From positions 62,001 through 126,000 of the forward strand of contig CT868085.1 in assembly GCA_000165425.1 (NCBI GenBank): a DNA stretch of 64,000 bases, in the 5' to 3' direction. The translations under genes were made by a program, and so were the position numbers. Positions 25,778-39,679 of the stretch are shown piece after piece; the stretch's first letter is position 1, and each line of letters starts with the position of its first letter. The notes under the pieces were generated by a model. It saw only the letters and a list, made by a program, of their open reading frames with translations, made no database searches and was not told where the DNA came from. Source of the DNA: Paramecium tetraurelia (Eukaryota).

Positions 25778-28700
25778 ATGTAAAACAGCTTTGAAGAGAA
25801 CCAAGGAAAAAAGTTGATTGAAGCACAATTGATATCATACTATATGAGGAAGCTGCAAAAGTCAACTATTTTAGAGAGTCAGCAGCAGAGAATCTGTGCC
25901 TAAATGATCCTGAATCACTTGCACGAGCTTCAATGTGAAAAACATCTTCTAGAGGGATTGGAGAATTTCTTCCATCAAAAGAATGGCCATAAGCGTGGGC
26001 ACATTCTACAGGCTAATGGTAATTAAATTTGTGATGCATCTGTCTAGATTTGAATCTTAAAAATTTAATCTCTACTAAATTGAGTCCTTCTTATGAAAGT
26101 GTTATCCAGAAGATGCTTCAACAGTATATAGCTCGTGAGACACCTGAGCCCAAACGACAATCCAGATTTGAGAGCGTAAGGAACAAATCGTAATCCCTTT
26201 AATAATTAAATGGTGGTCGAGTTGTGCGCCAAGATTATAAATCGCCAGTGGAATACATGAGAAAATTAAAGACTTGTTTTGGACATGCTCTTCATCCAGA
26301 CAATCAAGATTAGGAGGATCCATACATACCAGTGTATAACGTAATATATGACAGGTAAAACATGTTATGTAGACTAATTAGAACTGGTCAGTTATTATTG
26401 ACAGGAGATGATTTAGGATTAATAAAGATATGGTCAGCATCCAATGGACTGCTATTGTAATCACTAAAAGGTCATACAATGGCAATCAATTCAATGGATA
26501 TTAGTTATTGTAACAAATATTTGGCATCTTGTAGTAATGATGGTTTGGTGATCGTATGGGATATTTAAATTGGCAAGCCTGTGGCAGCATTAAAAGTACC
26601 TATATACTGTATTCAAATAGGAAGCATAAGATGATCCAATCCTGGTTTTGGTATTTTATCAATGTAGTTCTCAAAATGTTAATTATTTGACAGTAGCTAG
26701 TGAAAAGGGATATGTCTATATCTATGATGTGTAGGATCTGATTAAATGCAATGGGAGTATATTGGGTACATAGTTCAATTCAAAAATTAAGTAATCTGCC
26801 ATCAAACATCAAGCAGATATTATTAGATTGAATGTGAATTATAACAAAGCAAATAAAGGCAAAGTGAATGGGATATTGTGTATGGAATTCAACAAATAGG
26901 GTTATTTGGCTATGGGAACAGATCAAGGAGAAATAATAATCTTTGATAAACCAGAAAATCTATCTAAAGCAATCAATAAGGTGGAATGGCGTGAACATTC
27001 TGCCACTGTTCATTTGGCTCGTTGGTCAAAGGATGGTGATCAATTGTTAACTGCTTCTTTTGATGGAAGTGCTCGTCTATGGAAATGGTAAGAAGGAGGA
27101 ATTGCAGCTAATTAACATAATAGATCATAAGTGTTATTAAAATATAAATCTACTGAAGGGAGAAGAGTAGGAGAAATCCAATGTTTTGCTATTGCTTGGT
27201 CTACAAAGAGTACTTATGCTTTGGCTTCATTTAGTAAGAAATTGAAGAAGAAAGGAGATGAGGAAAAATCAAAGACTCAAATTCAAGTTTATTCAACACA
27301 TGAAAATTAAGTTATTCATTGTATGGATTAAGAGAATTTACCTTAATTAAAATTGGATTCTCACGTTGTGTTTTTGGAAGCTCATCCAATTTTTGAGGAA
27401 GTGGCATTATCAGCTGATGAAAATGGACTAATCATTTTATGGAATGTTCAAAAAGGTGTGCCTCTAAAAGTATTTCATGAACGAGGTTATCATTTGAAAT
27501 TACCAAACTTAGAGGTTCCTTTGAAAGATGGATGTTTCAGTCCAAATGGAATGACTTTCGTCGTATCCACAGATTTTGGATCTTTTTCTATTTATGGTTT
27601 TGGAGTTCAAGAAATCTTTGATTAGACTCCCATTGAATAGTTTTATGTTTCAGATTCTGAGCATCCAATAATAGATGAATCAGATGGATTTAGAGTTATG
27701 GCATTAGATTCAGATATGGAATTCTGTTATGTTGATAGGGGAAGTATTTGTAATTTCTATAGAATGCCATATCATTATAATTTCCAGAATAACTTTAAGA
27801 CTCTCTTTCCCTACTTGATATCCCAAGATTAACAAGGAAAAAAGAGTGTCAATCTATAAAAGCCTAAGTTATTTACATATATACAAATGTCCAAAGGGAT
27901 TGCCATAGATAACATGAAGAACGAGGAAATGTTCTAAGGCTATTTTGCAGAGATGAAGTAAATGGAAATTAAAATTATTCATGAGATCAAAGAATTAATG
28001 AAAATCTAAGATTAAGTCAGGATTTAAAAATTAGAAGGTGACATTATTGAAGTAGCTAATCAACCAATTCCAGAGAGATCACCTTCAAATCATAACTCCA
28101 AACTTATCAAAAAATTAGAACAAAAGTCAGGCGAATTAATTAAAAGAGCTTTAATTAAAGAAGATGAAGATAGTAGTCCATAAGTGTCTTAATAAGCACA
28201 TCAATAAGCAGTGATTACTATTAATGAATCCAAGAAATAGAGTTAAAGAAGAAAGAAGGTAATTGAAAGTGAAAGCGAAGAAGAAGTAAGCAAGTAGAGT
28301 AACTAAAATGTTAAGGAAGATGTTCAAATAGAATAATCTCCTTTGTAGACAAGATCTAGAAGAAATTAAAGAAGTCAATAAATTAGATTAATAATCCTTA
28401 ACAATCATAGACAACAAAACGAATTAAGACGTAATAGATCACAAGTCACTGAATAATGTACAAGATGCAGAATTTTAATGGATAATGTTGTTCGTTGTCC
28501 TGAATGCAAATCAGCTTATCATTAAGAATGCAGCGAAATTCGTCTATTCTTATGTGAATTGGATTTTGGAACTCAGAAAAGAATTTGTATTAATTGTATG
28601 GCATAATTTTAAAGAAAGAAATAAGCTCAAACTAGACAAGGAGATCACTTGAGAGACAAGTATTTAACTGATGATACCAATTCCCCTCAGATTGGAGATG

Positions 28701-29748
28701 ATGTTATCTTCTTTACCAAAGGATATGAACAATATCTCTAAAAATGTCTATAAAATTTAGATTTATCAGAATTATCCATTGATTCTGCATCAAAAAAAAC
28801 CATTGTCTTTCCTGGAGATATTCTAACAGATTAAGAATCAGCCAATTTTGTATATTGCAGAATCGTCAATATAAATTACATTTTTCCTGTCATCAATACA
28901 GTCTTTAAAAGACAAACTAATTAAAACACTTATATCCTATAAGTTTTTGAACTTCAAACAAAGGATATGACTTTTAAATGCTTTTACTCCTATGATTGTG
29001 ATCCTTATCTTATTTTAGAGGAATCGTATGCTTCTAGTGTCAGGTAAATTCGACCATATTTGAATCAACAATAAATAAGCCTCTAAACTGATACTGATAA
29101 AGATAATGGATTTGGCCATCAATATCAATTCATCGCTTAAGAAACTCCTGATAATTATCTCAATGCCAGTGATTGGTAAGTTTTGAAATGCAAGAGAATT
29201 AGCGATGAAACATACCAACTAAGGAATCAGAAAAGCATGATTGCTTATTGTCATTTAAACTTCTGGGAAATTGCCTCAATGATGCATAAATCTAATAAAT
29301 CAATTGAAATCTAAGGGGCTTCCTTATAATCTGCTTTGACTACTAACGAGGCTTAATAAATTAATAGAGACATTAATGCCATGATCAAAAAGTAAACTAA
29401 GATAGCCTTTTTCTTTTCCAATGAAGTTGATGTCCAACAGTATCCAGAATACCTAGATTATGTGCCCTTGATGAGTTATATCACACTCATTCAAAGAAGG
29501 TATTTATATCCATTTAATTCTAAAGATTAGAAAATGATTTCTATAGAAGTAAGGATCAAATACTTAATGATGTTGAAAGGATCAGAAGAAATGCATATAT
29601 TTTTAATCCTCCAAAATCTGAGGTCTGTGATTTAGCTGATAAATTAGCCAACCTTTTACATTCAATTGTAAATGGAGATTCACTCCCACAGTAAGTAATA
29701 GCCTAAGTTAGAGAAATTCAGACAAGAAAAAAAAGAAAATTATTTTGA
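25778..29748 (+). CDS. BRWD/PHIP-like WD40 + PHD + bromodomain protein
   Basis: WD40s (VYNVIYDR|TGQLLLTGDDLGLIKIW, EAHPIFEEVALSADENGLIILW), C4HC3 finger ~28456-28600, PQIGDDVIFFTKGYEQY, C-terminal bromodomain (VDVQQYPEYLDYV..RLENDFYRS..NAYIFN). Start codon somewhat uncertain; about four short introns. Confidence 0.88.
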
Positions 29749-29778
29749 TTAATTTTTATTTTAGTATTTAAGTTATAT

Positions 29779-30723
29779 TCAATCTAATAAGTTTATCTTT
29801 TATTTAATTACTTATTTATTTGGTTAAACATTTTCTTAATTAACAACATCTAAATATTAACTAATATAGTACTTTAATTTGTCATTTAAGACTTTTAACT
29901 ATTTTATTTGAAATCCAACCCTCTATCCTTAACCACCATAACATCATCCATGCAAGATTCAGGATAGTAATATCCATTTTCATCTTTCTTATAAGCGGAA
30001 TTAGTGGCCACATTATTAATTAGACTATCAAGTTTTTCATTCATTTGATCTCCCCAACTTTCTAATTTATCATGGAATTTATCCATATATTTGTAAATAT
30101 AATTTTCCAACATATCATCCAACTTAGATTAAGTCTCATCATTAACATTACTGCATTAGGCTTATAGTTTTAGTTTATTCATCTAAATTTTTAATTTCAT
30201 CTATTTTGCTATTTCCTTTTCTTTATACAAAAGATTTCTATTTGTTAGTTGTATTGTTATATTTTATGCTTTCTATCTAACTTTAAAATAATATTAATGA
30301 ATCTACTAGATTGGAATAGCGGTTCTTGGCATTCTGACTTATATTCTGAGTAATGTCTAATCAAACCTATGCGTTCTTTCAAATCATCAATTATCCCTGA
30401 ACATCCATATTTCAATAAATAATCTGTTATAATGAGTGTCTATTTTGAAATTTAAAGGTACTTTTAAAATATTATTGGCTGTGTTATTTGACGAGTTTAG
30501 TTACTTAATGATTTCATTTATTATTTTTGGATAATGTTCTCTTGTTTTAGAATATAAGATTATACATTTGAAAACTAAGTTCAGCTATTTAGTCTAGAAT
30601 ATTTATTGGAAGTATGGTGCTTGGATAATGATAGGCTTAATCGAATAATTTAAGAGCTTTTTCATCTTGAGAATATCCAAATTTTTATTTGAAAGTGTAT
30701 GTTGCTTCTTTAAAAAATTACAT
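29779..30723 (-). CDS. ENTH-domain (epsin-related) protein
   Basis: After removing short introns: ILDQIAELSF, K|TLIITDYLLKYGC, IRQKAQNITIQLTNRNLLY. Ends KINLLD-TGA. Confidence 0.75.
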
Positions 30724-31070
30724 ATAAATAATAATTTAAATTTAAAGTAATTCATCCGTTTTATCACTTTTAATTGATTTCTCTTTAATTATGAACTAAC
30801 AGAGTAATGATAGCTAAATATTAAGGAATAAGGTAGATATATTAAAAATAAATAATAACCAACTATTTTAACTAATTATATTTAGTGTATTTAAAATTTG
30901 CAATTTAATTCAGTTCCTCTGAAATATCCATTCCCTGATATCTTGAAGTTAAGTGAAATAACTTATCGAACCTTTTGATTTGTTTATTCTATTTTAGCTC
31001 ACTCAATCCAAAGTGTATTTAAGGGAAATAAATAAAATTATTCATAAATATTTTAATTATCTGTCTATAA

Positions 31071-31694
31071 ATGTTCCCTGTGAAGTTGATCGATTTGTAC
31101 TTGTCCCCATCTAGATCGGAATACAAGGATTTCTCCACTGACATTAGTGAAAGTGATTTGGACTTTGATTCATTCAAATTAGAGCAAGTCCATAAACCTC
31201 CATAAATAAAGAAGAGTTCTTCCTACCCCAGAAATTATGTATATAATTGACACTATTTGTTTAGTATAAGTAACAACTAATTGAAGAAAGCAACATTGAA
31301 GGTGATCAAATCATTTAGGAATGCAATCGCTTCGTTTAGGACCATTAAGTTTCTGTAACACAGCTACTTCAAGAACTTGCGCTTGAATAGCCAAAAAAAA
31401 ATAGAAGCACAGGTTATCTAAAGTTCTTTGACGAGAACAAAAACTATGGATTTATTGTAATGGACTCTGATGGCTCAGATATATTCGTATATGCTGATGA
31501 TCTTGTTAAGACAGGCATCGCAAAAGAGTATTTACGAACAGCTAAATTTGGAAACTACATCAGGTATGCATCTAATTTAATACAAAAGATTTACTTTCAC
31601 ATGCATGGAATATTATGGTAAATATAACAAATCCAGAAAAGCCGTCGATTTGGAGTATCAAAAGCCAAATCCATTCTTCCAAACCATATACTGA
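31071..31694 (+). CDS. Cold-shock domain nucleic-acid-binding protein
   Basis: GYLKFFDENKNYGFI (RNP1-like), DIFVYADDL (RNP2-like), ends ..SRKAVDLEY..; intron ~31564-31588. Confidence 0.85.
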
Positions 31695-32290
31695 TTTATA
31701 TATACAAATTATAACTTAGAATATATAATGTTAAGTCCATTTTTGAAAGGGGTAATTTATCAATAAAAATTAATCATAAAACCATTTTACTTCATTTTAA
31801 CAAAAAGACTTCTTTTCTAAAAACAAATAAAAAGAAAGTGATTTTGCTTTGTTTGCCTTAAAAAATGAACATAAATCTTGAATTTCTATATCCTAATTCA
31901 GATTAGAGTGATAAAATTTACATTTAAATGTGATTGTAAATATTGAAGTGAAAGTAGAGTCATTTGATGAATAGGAATAAAATTTTAAAATAACTAAAAT
32001 TTAAATCTCACTCAAAAGTCATCTTGAATCAAAACCACACTCTTGATTTCAATTTAGATCATAGTTAAAAACAATTTTGTGAGCTTTTAATGAAAAAAAC
32101 AGAATCCCAAAAATTATATAACACTTTTGAAATCCTTAGGATTCAAGTTGATAATAATAAAATTTAAATGTATTTTATAATTAAAATTACCATAATCGTG
32201 AATCTAATTAAATATGTTTTGCTTTAAAAATAGGTAAGATATATCTAAGCTTTTACAAAGAATGACTTAATTTGAATTACATATATATTT

Positions 32291-33488
32291 TCATTTATAT
32301 AAGTTAAAAATTTACATAATTTTCTGATTTGTTATTGATTATTCCTTATCTATTACTCTAGAATATTTATTATATAAATTGTTTGATTTCAATATTTCCT
32401 CAAATGCTTTTTTTTGATTGTCAAATAACTATTTGCATTCAAGTAGCTAGATATATTATTGGAAACTATACAATTTGATTCGTTTATTTTGATCCGCTAA
32501 CAGATCTATTTCGCAATTACATATATTTTTTATCTAACTCGAATTATTAAACAGTATTTGTTTCTGTTGTGCTTATTCTATCTTCAACAATATTTTCTTT
32601 TAATCTTTGGCTTTGTTCTTCTGACTTAAGTCCTCTAAAATCTTGGGGATTCTGATGAGCAGACGATGAAGGAGTGGCCACCTTTTTTGGTGGGATCAAA
32701 CCAAATTTAAAAAGAGGATTCCTCCTGCTTATTTTAGGGTGAGCCCTAGAGTCACTTATAATTTTCCAATCAGCAAATGTAGGTGTAAGTATATTTGGAA
32801 GTTTCGCTCTTTGTTCTCCTTGTTCTTAAACTGAAGATGCTCTAATTCTATGTAGTTATAGCATATTTTGAGACAATTTATAATAAAATAAAGAAATATA
32901 ACTATTATTTGCTTTCAATTCAGATCCAAGTATTTATTGATGTAAGAGTCACTATATTCATTATAACGATTTTCGTAGTCATCCATGATGTTTCGCATAC
33001 AAGGTTTCAGTAGTATCTTTCTGTTTGAGCACATAATATCATCTTATCCATAGCAATCGTTTAAGTTATTAGTCGACTCCTAGTTCTCAGTAATCAGCTC
33101 TCCCTATTACTGTTTGATTTTCTGATATTGGACTAGTGGGGTAGAAGGGTAATTTTACTTAGTTTGTAAGGGAGTTGGTGATCTCGAGTGTTTTGCAATT
33201 CTTGATGAAGTTGAGGGTTAACATGTCCAATTTCTTTGAGTAGATTATATTTTTTGAGTTTGTGAATATTAGAATATATTCTTTATTCCTGCGATTATAA
33301 AATTAAATAGAGTAACATACTTGTTAGGAACATATTTTGTGGATGCTTTATTTTTTGACTTAAGGAATCTTTTAGGTAATGGATTCAATAATATGAGGAA
33401 GGGATTTTTTGTGACTCAGTTAAATGTCTTTCAAGGGTGCACAATTCTCTTTAATTTCTTGTAGGTAAATAGGGTAGTTGGCATTCAT
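32291..33488 (-). CDS. Hypothetical protein
   Basis: MNANYPIYLQEIKE... to ...IFNLYK-TGA with short introns; Ser/Gln/Lys-rich. Confidence 0.6.
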
Positions 33489-33528
33489 TAAATAATTAAT
33501 GGTATTAAATAGTCGTTAAAAACAAAAA

Positions 33529-34524
33529 TCATTATTTGCTCATTTTTTTTTATAATAAAATCTAAGATTTTAATTCATGCAGTAATTTCAAAGGAGATCC
33601 CTTCAAATAAACATGTTCTGATTTCTTTCTTTTGGTTTAGGTCACTTTTTATTAACTAATCAAGGGTAATTTGATATTCATATTCACAGGCGAACAACGA
33701 GCACTTTGAGATACATATTTATCCACAGTCTGATTTGGCTTAAGATTGTGTGATTAAATTATATCATGATAGATTCTGGGACTATGTAGTGAAGGTTTTT
33801 GTTTAATTTTATAATTTACTCTAGGAAGATGAGCGATTAAGACTTGACTCTAATTAACATTCATATTCTAAGCACTAGTCACTTGAGATTCATCGATTGT
33901 TCTTTGACTTGCAGTAAAATTACCATTTTGTTGTTTGATTTAAGTTGGAGTTTTTTCAAAGGTACTATTAGTCATAAATTCTTGAGTCTAATAAGCAATT
34001 TTCAATTCGTTAGCAAAGAAATATTCATACCCAATATTGGAGTCATCTTTTGTCAGTAGTCTTTTGCATTTTAATAATGTTTATTCAATAATTTAGTTTT
34101 GGAGTAATGTTTTTGCTTTTCTTTCCTTTCTTGTCGGAATCATATTTGTAATATCCTCTATTTTAAGAGGCACTCTAGTGATCATGGCTGATAACTGTCT
34201 ACCACCTCCTTTATTACGATGCATCTTCCTCTTTCTTTTTTTGACATGATGTGCTCTGATGTAGGTAATGGGTTATAAAGCATTCTATTTTTCAACGAAT
34301 ATATTTGTTCCTCCGCACTCAGAACATGTACAAGTCTTCCTTCTAAACTTACACTATCCTCCGGTTGTGTTAAATAGATAGCATTTAAAGCTTCTTCCTC
34401 TTTGAGTATTCAAGGGAACGACTTGGCTGATTTATTTAAACAAGGGTTCCAACATGGGGAATCTTTTGATTTTAATTGTAGAGTTGAAAGAAAATTACTT
34501 ATTAGATTGTGAATTTTGGGACAT
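33529..34524 (-). CDS. Hypothetical Ser/Gln/Lys-rich protein
   Basis: 996-nt ORF in ciliate code, MSQNSQSNKQF...KKMSKQ-TGA. Confidence 0.6.
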
Positions 34525-34605
34525 TGTAAATAATTATTATAATTGCTTTAGAGATTTATTACTTAAGTATTAAAATAGCAATTAATTTATAATATTATTT
34601 TACGT

Positions 34606-36476
34606 ATGAATTACCTTATACTATTCTATCTTGTTGTTTGCTTTGCTAATTCGGATGTCTGGAATATTAAATTACCATCCTAGGTCAAGTTATTATAAAA
34701 GCTAAGAGAAAAACGAAATGACAGAAAGCTTGAGGATGTTAAAACTTAATGGGAGTCAATAAGAATACATTTTGAATTCTTGGAATCTCCACCTTCGGAT
34801 GTTTTAGAATAAACTAATACAGTACTAAATATAGTTAAGACATTTTTTGGAAGATTTATCTTGGTTAAGAGACAAACCGGAAATTTAGAATGGAAATCAA
34901 GCTATGAAACCGATTGGCAAATACTGACTATTCCTGCTTCACTCCAAAAAAGTTATGATGCTGACTTGGTAGATAGCCAGAATATCATTAGGTATTCTTT
35001 GTGGGTTAAGAGGATAATCAAGACGTAGAATACATTGCAAGAGCAGCTCCTGTAATCTTTGATGAAACGACAGGAAGACCAATTTTTGGAATTATGCAAA
35101 TGAACAATTACTACATGAAAGAATTTTAGGTATAAGTACAATTCAATTTTAAAGGGAACAGATGCAAAATTTGAAGCAGCAGTTCAAGTAGTACTACATG
35201 AATCCATTCATGGTTTAGGGTTCACTGATAATCTCTATTCAAACTATTATAATAGTACGAGTAATGAGAAATACGACTTTACAGTTTATCAAAGAGTGAA
35301 TTAGCAAATTGATTTACCTACTCCAAGATTGACTCAGTTAGCTGAGAATCACTTTGGATGCTCTAAATTGGTGGGAGGAACTGTATTAAATCTTATTAAT
35401 AATTAGATGGAAGATCAGATGGGAGGTGGAACAGCAGGTTCACATTTGGAAAGGTCAATCTTTTATAACGAACTTATGACAGGTGCATTGATGACTGGCA
35501 ATTCCCTCCTTAGTGAATTCACATTTGGTCTTTTAGAAGATACAGGGTATAATATGTAATTTGAGTTTAGATTTTATCGAGTGACCAAGCATATTTCTGA
35601 TATACAATTGTGGGGAAAGGATAAGGGGTGCGATTTTTATAAGAATTAATGCTTTTCTAACTAATAATACAAGGAATTCTGTACTGATCCTTATGATGAC
35701 TCCAACCAATCAGATAATCCTTTAAACCATTTATCATGCTCTTATACGCACACTGGAATAGGAATTTGCATGAATGATGGACTAGTAGAATGCCCTTACT
35801 ATTATGTGATTTCAGATTTAGATTGCAGAGATGCAGAAAATTATAATTAAACCTTATTTTAAGGATCTAACTTTCATTTCGGATATGATAGTATGTGCAT
35901 AGAAGGAGGTTTCGTAAGTAAAATAAAACAATCAATTGACATTGGATATAGTTGTTATTAATACTCTTGCGATGAGAATAATTCATTAACTATCATAGTT
36001 GATGGGGTGAAATATGATTGCAGTGTTGGAGGTTCATCTCCAAGTTATAACACTGAATAATATAAGTAAGGTATTGTTTGTCCCGATAATCCAAAGGACT
36101 TATGTGAATCAGCTAGTGAATGCCCAAATTAGTGCAATAAGAAGGGATATTGTTTAGGAGGAGTGGTAAATATAATTGAATTTCAACGTTTTAGTGCACT
36201 TGTATAGCTGGTTATTCAGGAAGAGCATGTGAAAAAAGTTGCACTAGTTATAGAGACGGAATTGAATGCGTTTAGAGTTGCTCAACAAATACATTTGCAG
36301 ATGACTCGACAATGTATTGTATAGGTTGTCCTGCAAATTGTGCCACTTGTTCAGCAAAGGATGTATGTACCTTGTGTGAGGATACTCATCTATTGGTTGG
36401 AGGATTTTGCGAACCTCTACCAACTTATTCAGTAATTTTAGTAACCAGCATCATAGCCTTGTTTTTAGCCTTATGA
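34606..36476 (+). CDS. Leishmanolysin/GP63-like M8 metallopeptidase, secreted and probably GPI-anchored
   Basis: Signal peptide MNYLILFYLVVCFA; HESIHGLGF (HExxH); GTAGSHLERSIFYNELM; Cys-rich EGF/furin-like C-terminus; hydrophobic tail. Several short introns. Confidence 0.93.
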
Positions 36477-36893
36477 TATATTATTGGTAGACTAAATAAA
36501 ACAAACAAAAATTTCATATTATAAATTAAGATCTTATGATTAAATCTAGTTCTAATTAAGTTTGCTAATGATTTAGTTTCATGTTATTTTGTTGTTATAT
36601 TAAGAGTATCACTATTTAGAAATAGAAAATGGAAATTTACAAAAAGTATACTTTAAATTATTTTTAATATATATTTCTTTTTCTTTCAAGAACTTGCAAT
36701 TCATAATTATACTAAATAACCCCTGTTTTTTGAGTCCATAGTTGTAAATCTTAAATTTATTTTTTATACACAGATTTTCATTTTATAAAATTAATAGAAG
36801 CATAGATAAATGAGATTAACTTAGGATAATTTTAAGAAAGTCTTGTGTTATATTTTGATGTAAATTAATAAAACATTTGCTTATCAAACTTAA

Positions 36894-38994
36894 TCAAATC
36901 TAGAGATTTGAGCATTTTTTCACAAAATCTTCTAATTATTATTTACTTAATGGAGTTTTATCAACTGAAGCTTTTTAATTGTTACGTACTAGTTATGAAA
37001 CTAGGTCAACAACAAATTTGTCGTTTATTAAGCACGAATGTTTGCAGTCACTTATGGCCTATTTATAAATTTAATTAATTACTGCTCCTTTTTTTAAGCA
37101 TTCACATTCTAATCCAATATATCCGCTTTGAGTTATTTATTTTTCTCCATCGATGACAGAATCAAATAGATTCTATTATAATGAACCTTTGTAATTAGAA
37201 CAATATTGAATCACTTTTATTGGATTTTCAGATAAGCCATTTTGATGTTCGTAAATCCATTTAATGGCAGGAGTAAGAGCAGATGAAGTCAAAACAGTCT
37301 AATCACCTATTGCATAACTTGTATGGTTGGGGAAATAAAAGTCTAATTTTTCTAGCACTTCATGATAAGGATTCCTTTGATATTTGAATTGATATTCAGT
37401 TTAAGCAAAGCCTCCATATAAAACTATGAATGGAACTTCAGGATTTTATAATGTGTTCAAAGCATTGGATTAGTAATTTTAGTAATATTATGATATTAGT
37501 GTACCATTAATTGTATAATTGTCTAGCAATTCCTGAATATCCTAAGCAGTAAACTTCTGATCTTCAATTTCAATAAAGTACTCCTTCAAATCTTACATAT
37601 GAATCAAACATGCCGATTAGAAGTCAGTTAAATTAGTACATAATTCTTTAGGATTGGGGAACCAAGACAAAGCTGTTACGTTATTTGTTTTATTTTCAAT
37701 AAACTCTTTTTCTTATTAAATTCTTTTCAAAATTTCTTGCATCCATGGCTCATTCTAATATTGGAAAAATGTAAGTTTAGGGTAAATGTCAACCTAACTT
37801 GAAGCTGAATTTATTGCTTTATTTTAGTTGAAGTAATTAATTCCAACTGTCATTCCTAAAAATGTATCTAAAAAGGAAGGATCACCTCCCAAATGTGCTC
37901 TGATTGCTTTAGATGAGCCTAAATAAGGTGCTCCCATGGTCATAATAGTGGCTATTGAATCTTGTTTCTCTTATTTAGTCATCTCTCCAAGTACGTTAAG
38001 AGTATGAAGGGATCCCAAAGAATGGGTTAAAATAATGGCCTTTTTTCCTGTGATTTTGTTTAGATTTGATATGCTCTGTCTAATTAATTATTTAGCCTCA
38101 GATTACTAGATACCTTTTCTATAATCATAAGGAATAGCTTAGAATAGAAGTCCACTCACATATCCCATATTCTTCAATAAATCTCCAATGTTGAGAAATC
38201 CTTTATAATCACACATCATGTATTTGATTAAATAGTCATCGGTCATCTCTTTGATTCCTCCTAAACCACATTCACTATATTTCTGGGTACTAGGTGTGTT
38301 TCCATAATAAGTCACCTAGTATTTATGATGATTTATACTTTAAGTCCAGGAGTTTCTTTATGACTTTGAGTTGCACTATCATATTTCAACTCCATCAAAT
38401 TACCAAAACAATGATCTTTAGCACTAGTCTATATCACGCCAACAGTGCTTGTTGTTGTGGAAATCCAAAGTCTGTATTCGACATCAGGTTTAGAATACCA
38501 AAAATACCATGAATTACATGTTTACCAACCACAACTCTCGAATACTTCTGGACTCTCTTTCTATAATTTTTCACAATCAATTTCAATCTACCATTTTATT
38601 GAATCTATACTTCTAAGGAAGTTCCTGCCAAGCCTGGAACTAAGATGACTGGAGCGCATGGACCTTTTATGAATTCATTAACAATCTGTTCGTAGCTCCA
38701 TTTTTTAGGATCTTTTCCATTTAAACAAATATTTTTTGATTCAGCAAATAAAGATTACAGTTTAAGCACTCTTTCTATCTCTTCAGCTTCGATTTACTGT
38801 TTCATCATTTAATGACTAGCTCATGTAATTAATTGATACTTGTCCTGTAAAAGCTTTCGTCGATTTGAAGAGGTTACAAAAAAAGTGTGAGCTTCTGTCT
38901 CCTCCAACCAAAGGGCAGAGTCAGTATTGTCATAGAACATAGGTATTGAAACTAGTACTAAACACACAGTTACTAGTGCATAAATCACTCTCAT
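36894..38994 (-). CDS. LCAT / lysosomal phospholipase A2 family alpha/beta hydrolase
   Basis: Signal peptide MRVIYALVTVCLV; PVILVPGLAGTSL, IPYDYRK, nucleophile elbow LTHSLGS, MGAPYLGS. Two 23-nt introns restore the frame (685 codons). Confidence 0.9.
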
Positions 38995-39679
38995 TTGTTT
39001 GATATTATAAAATAAATTTTCAAACAATTTTCTCAATAAAATTCCATATATAATTTATATTTTTAATATTTGCAAGTTTATTGCTTAGTTATTTCGCTTA
39101 TCAATAACTCTAGATTTCCAACATATTTAATCTATAAATAGTATGTTCCGAAGAATAATTATAATTTTTTCATACCTAATACAGAAAAATAAATTTATTT
39201 GCTCCTTTAAATTAAATTTATCAGAATGCATAAGATCATTCTTATTAAATCTAAAAAACCTCAATTATTGAACTATTATAATATTTTATCAGCTTAAATA
39301 AGAAATTTTAAATCTACAGAACATTACCTTATGATAGAATTTAAAATTTAGATTTTTATATTATTATTTAATAATATCTTTTATAGAATTATCAATTATT
39401 TTATATTTTATCAATTTAGAAATTTAAGAATCAAATGACTCTTAAATTTGCTTATTTCAAATTAGAATCTAAGAAATGAGAACGTACTATAATTAGCCAT
39501 ATAATTAAAATCTCTATTAAATAGATACTAATTTAAAAAATATCAATTTTTCTAAGTGAAATGAAAGATATAAAATAAAGTTAATTTAATATATACATTT
39601 TCTATATTAATTTCAACTCTATATTATTCAAGAAAGTTAAAAATGTCTAAAATTACTTTAACATATATATTTATTGATC

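Noticed and set aside
31728..32280. Coding-like fragments between convergent genes (also ~22180-22350)
   Set aside because: Interrupted by TGA and lacking identifiable motifs; too weak to call.
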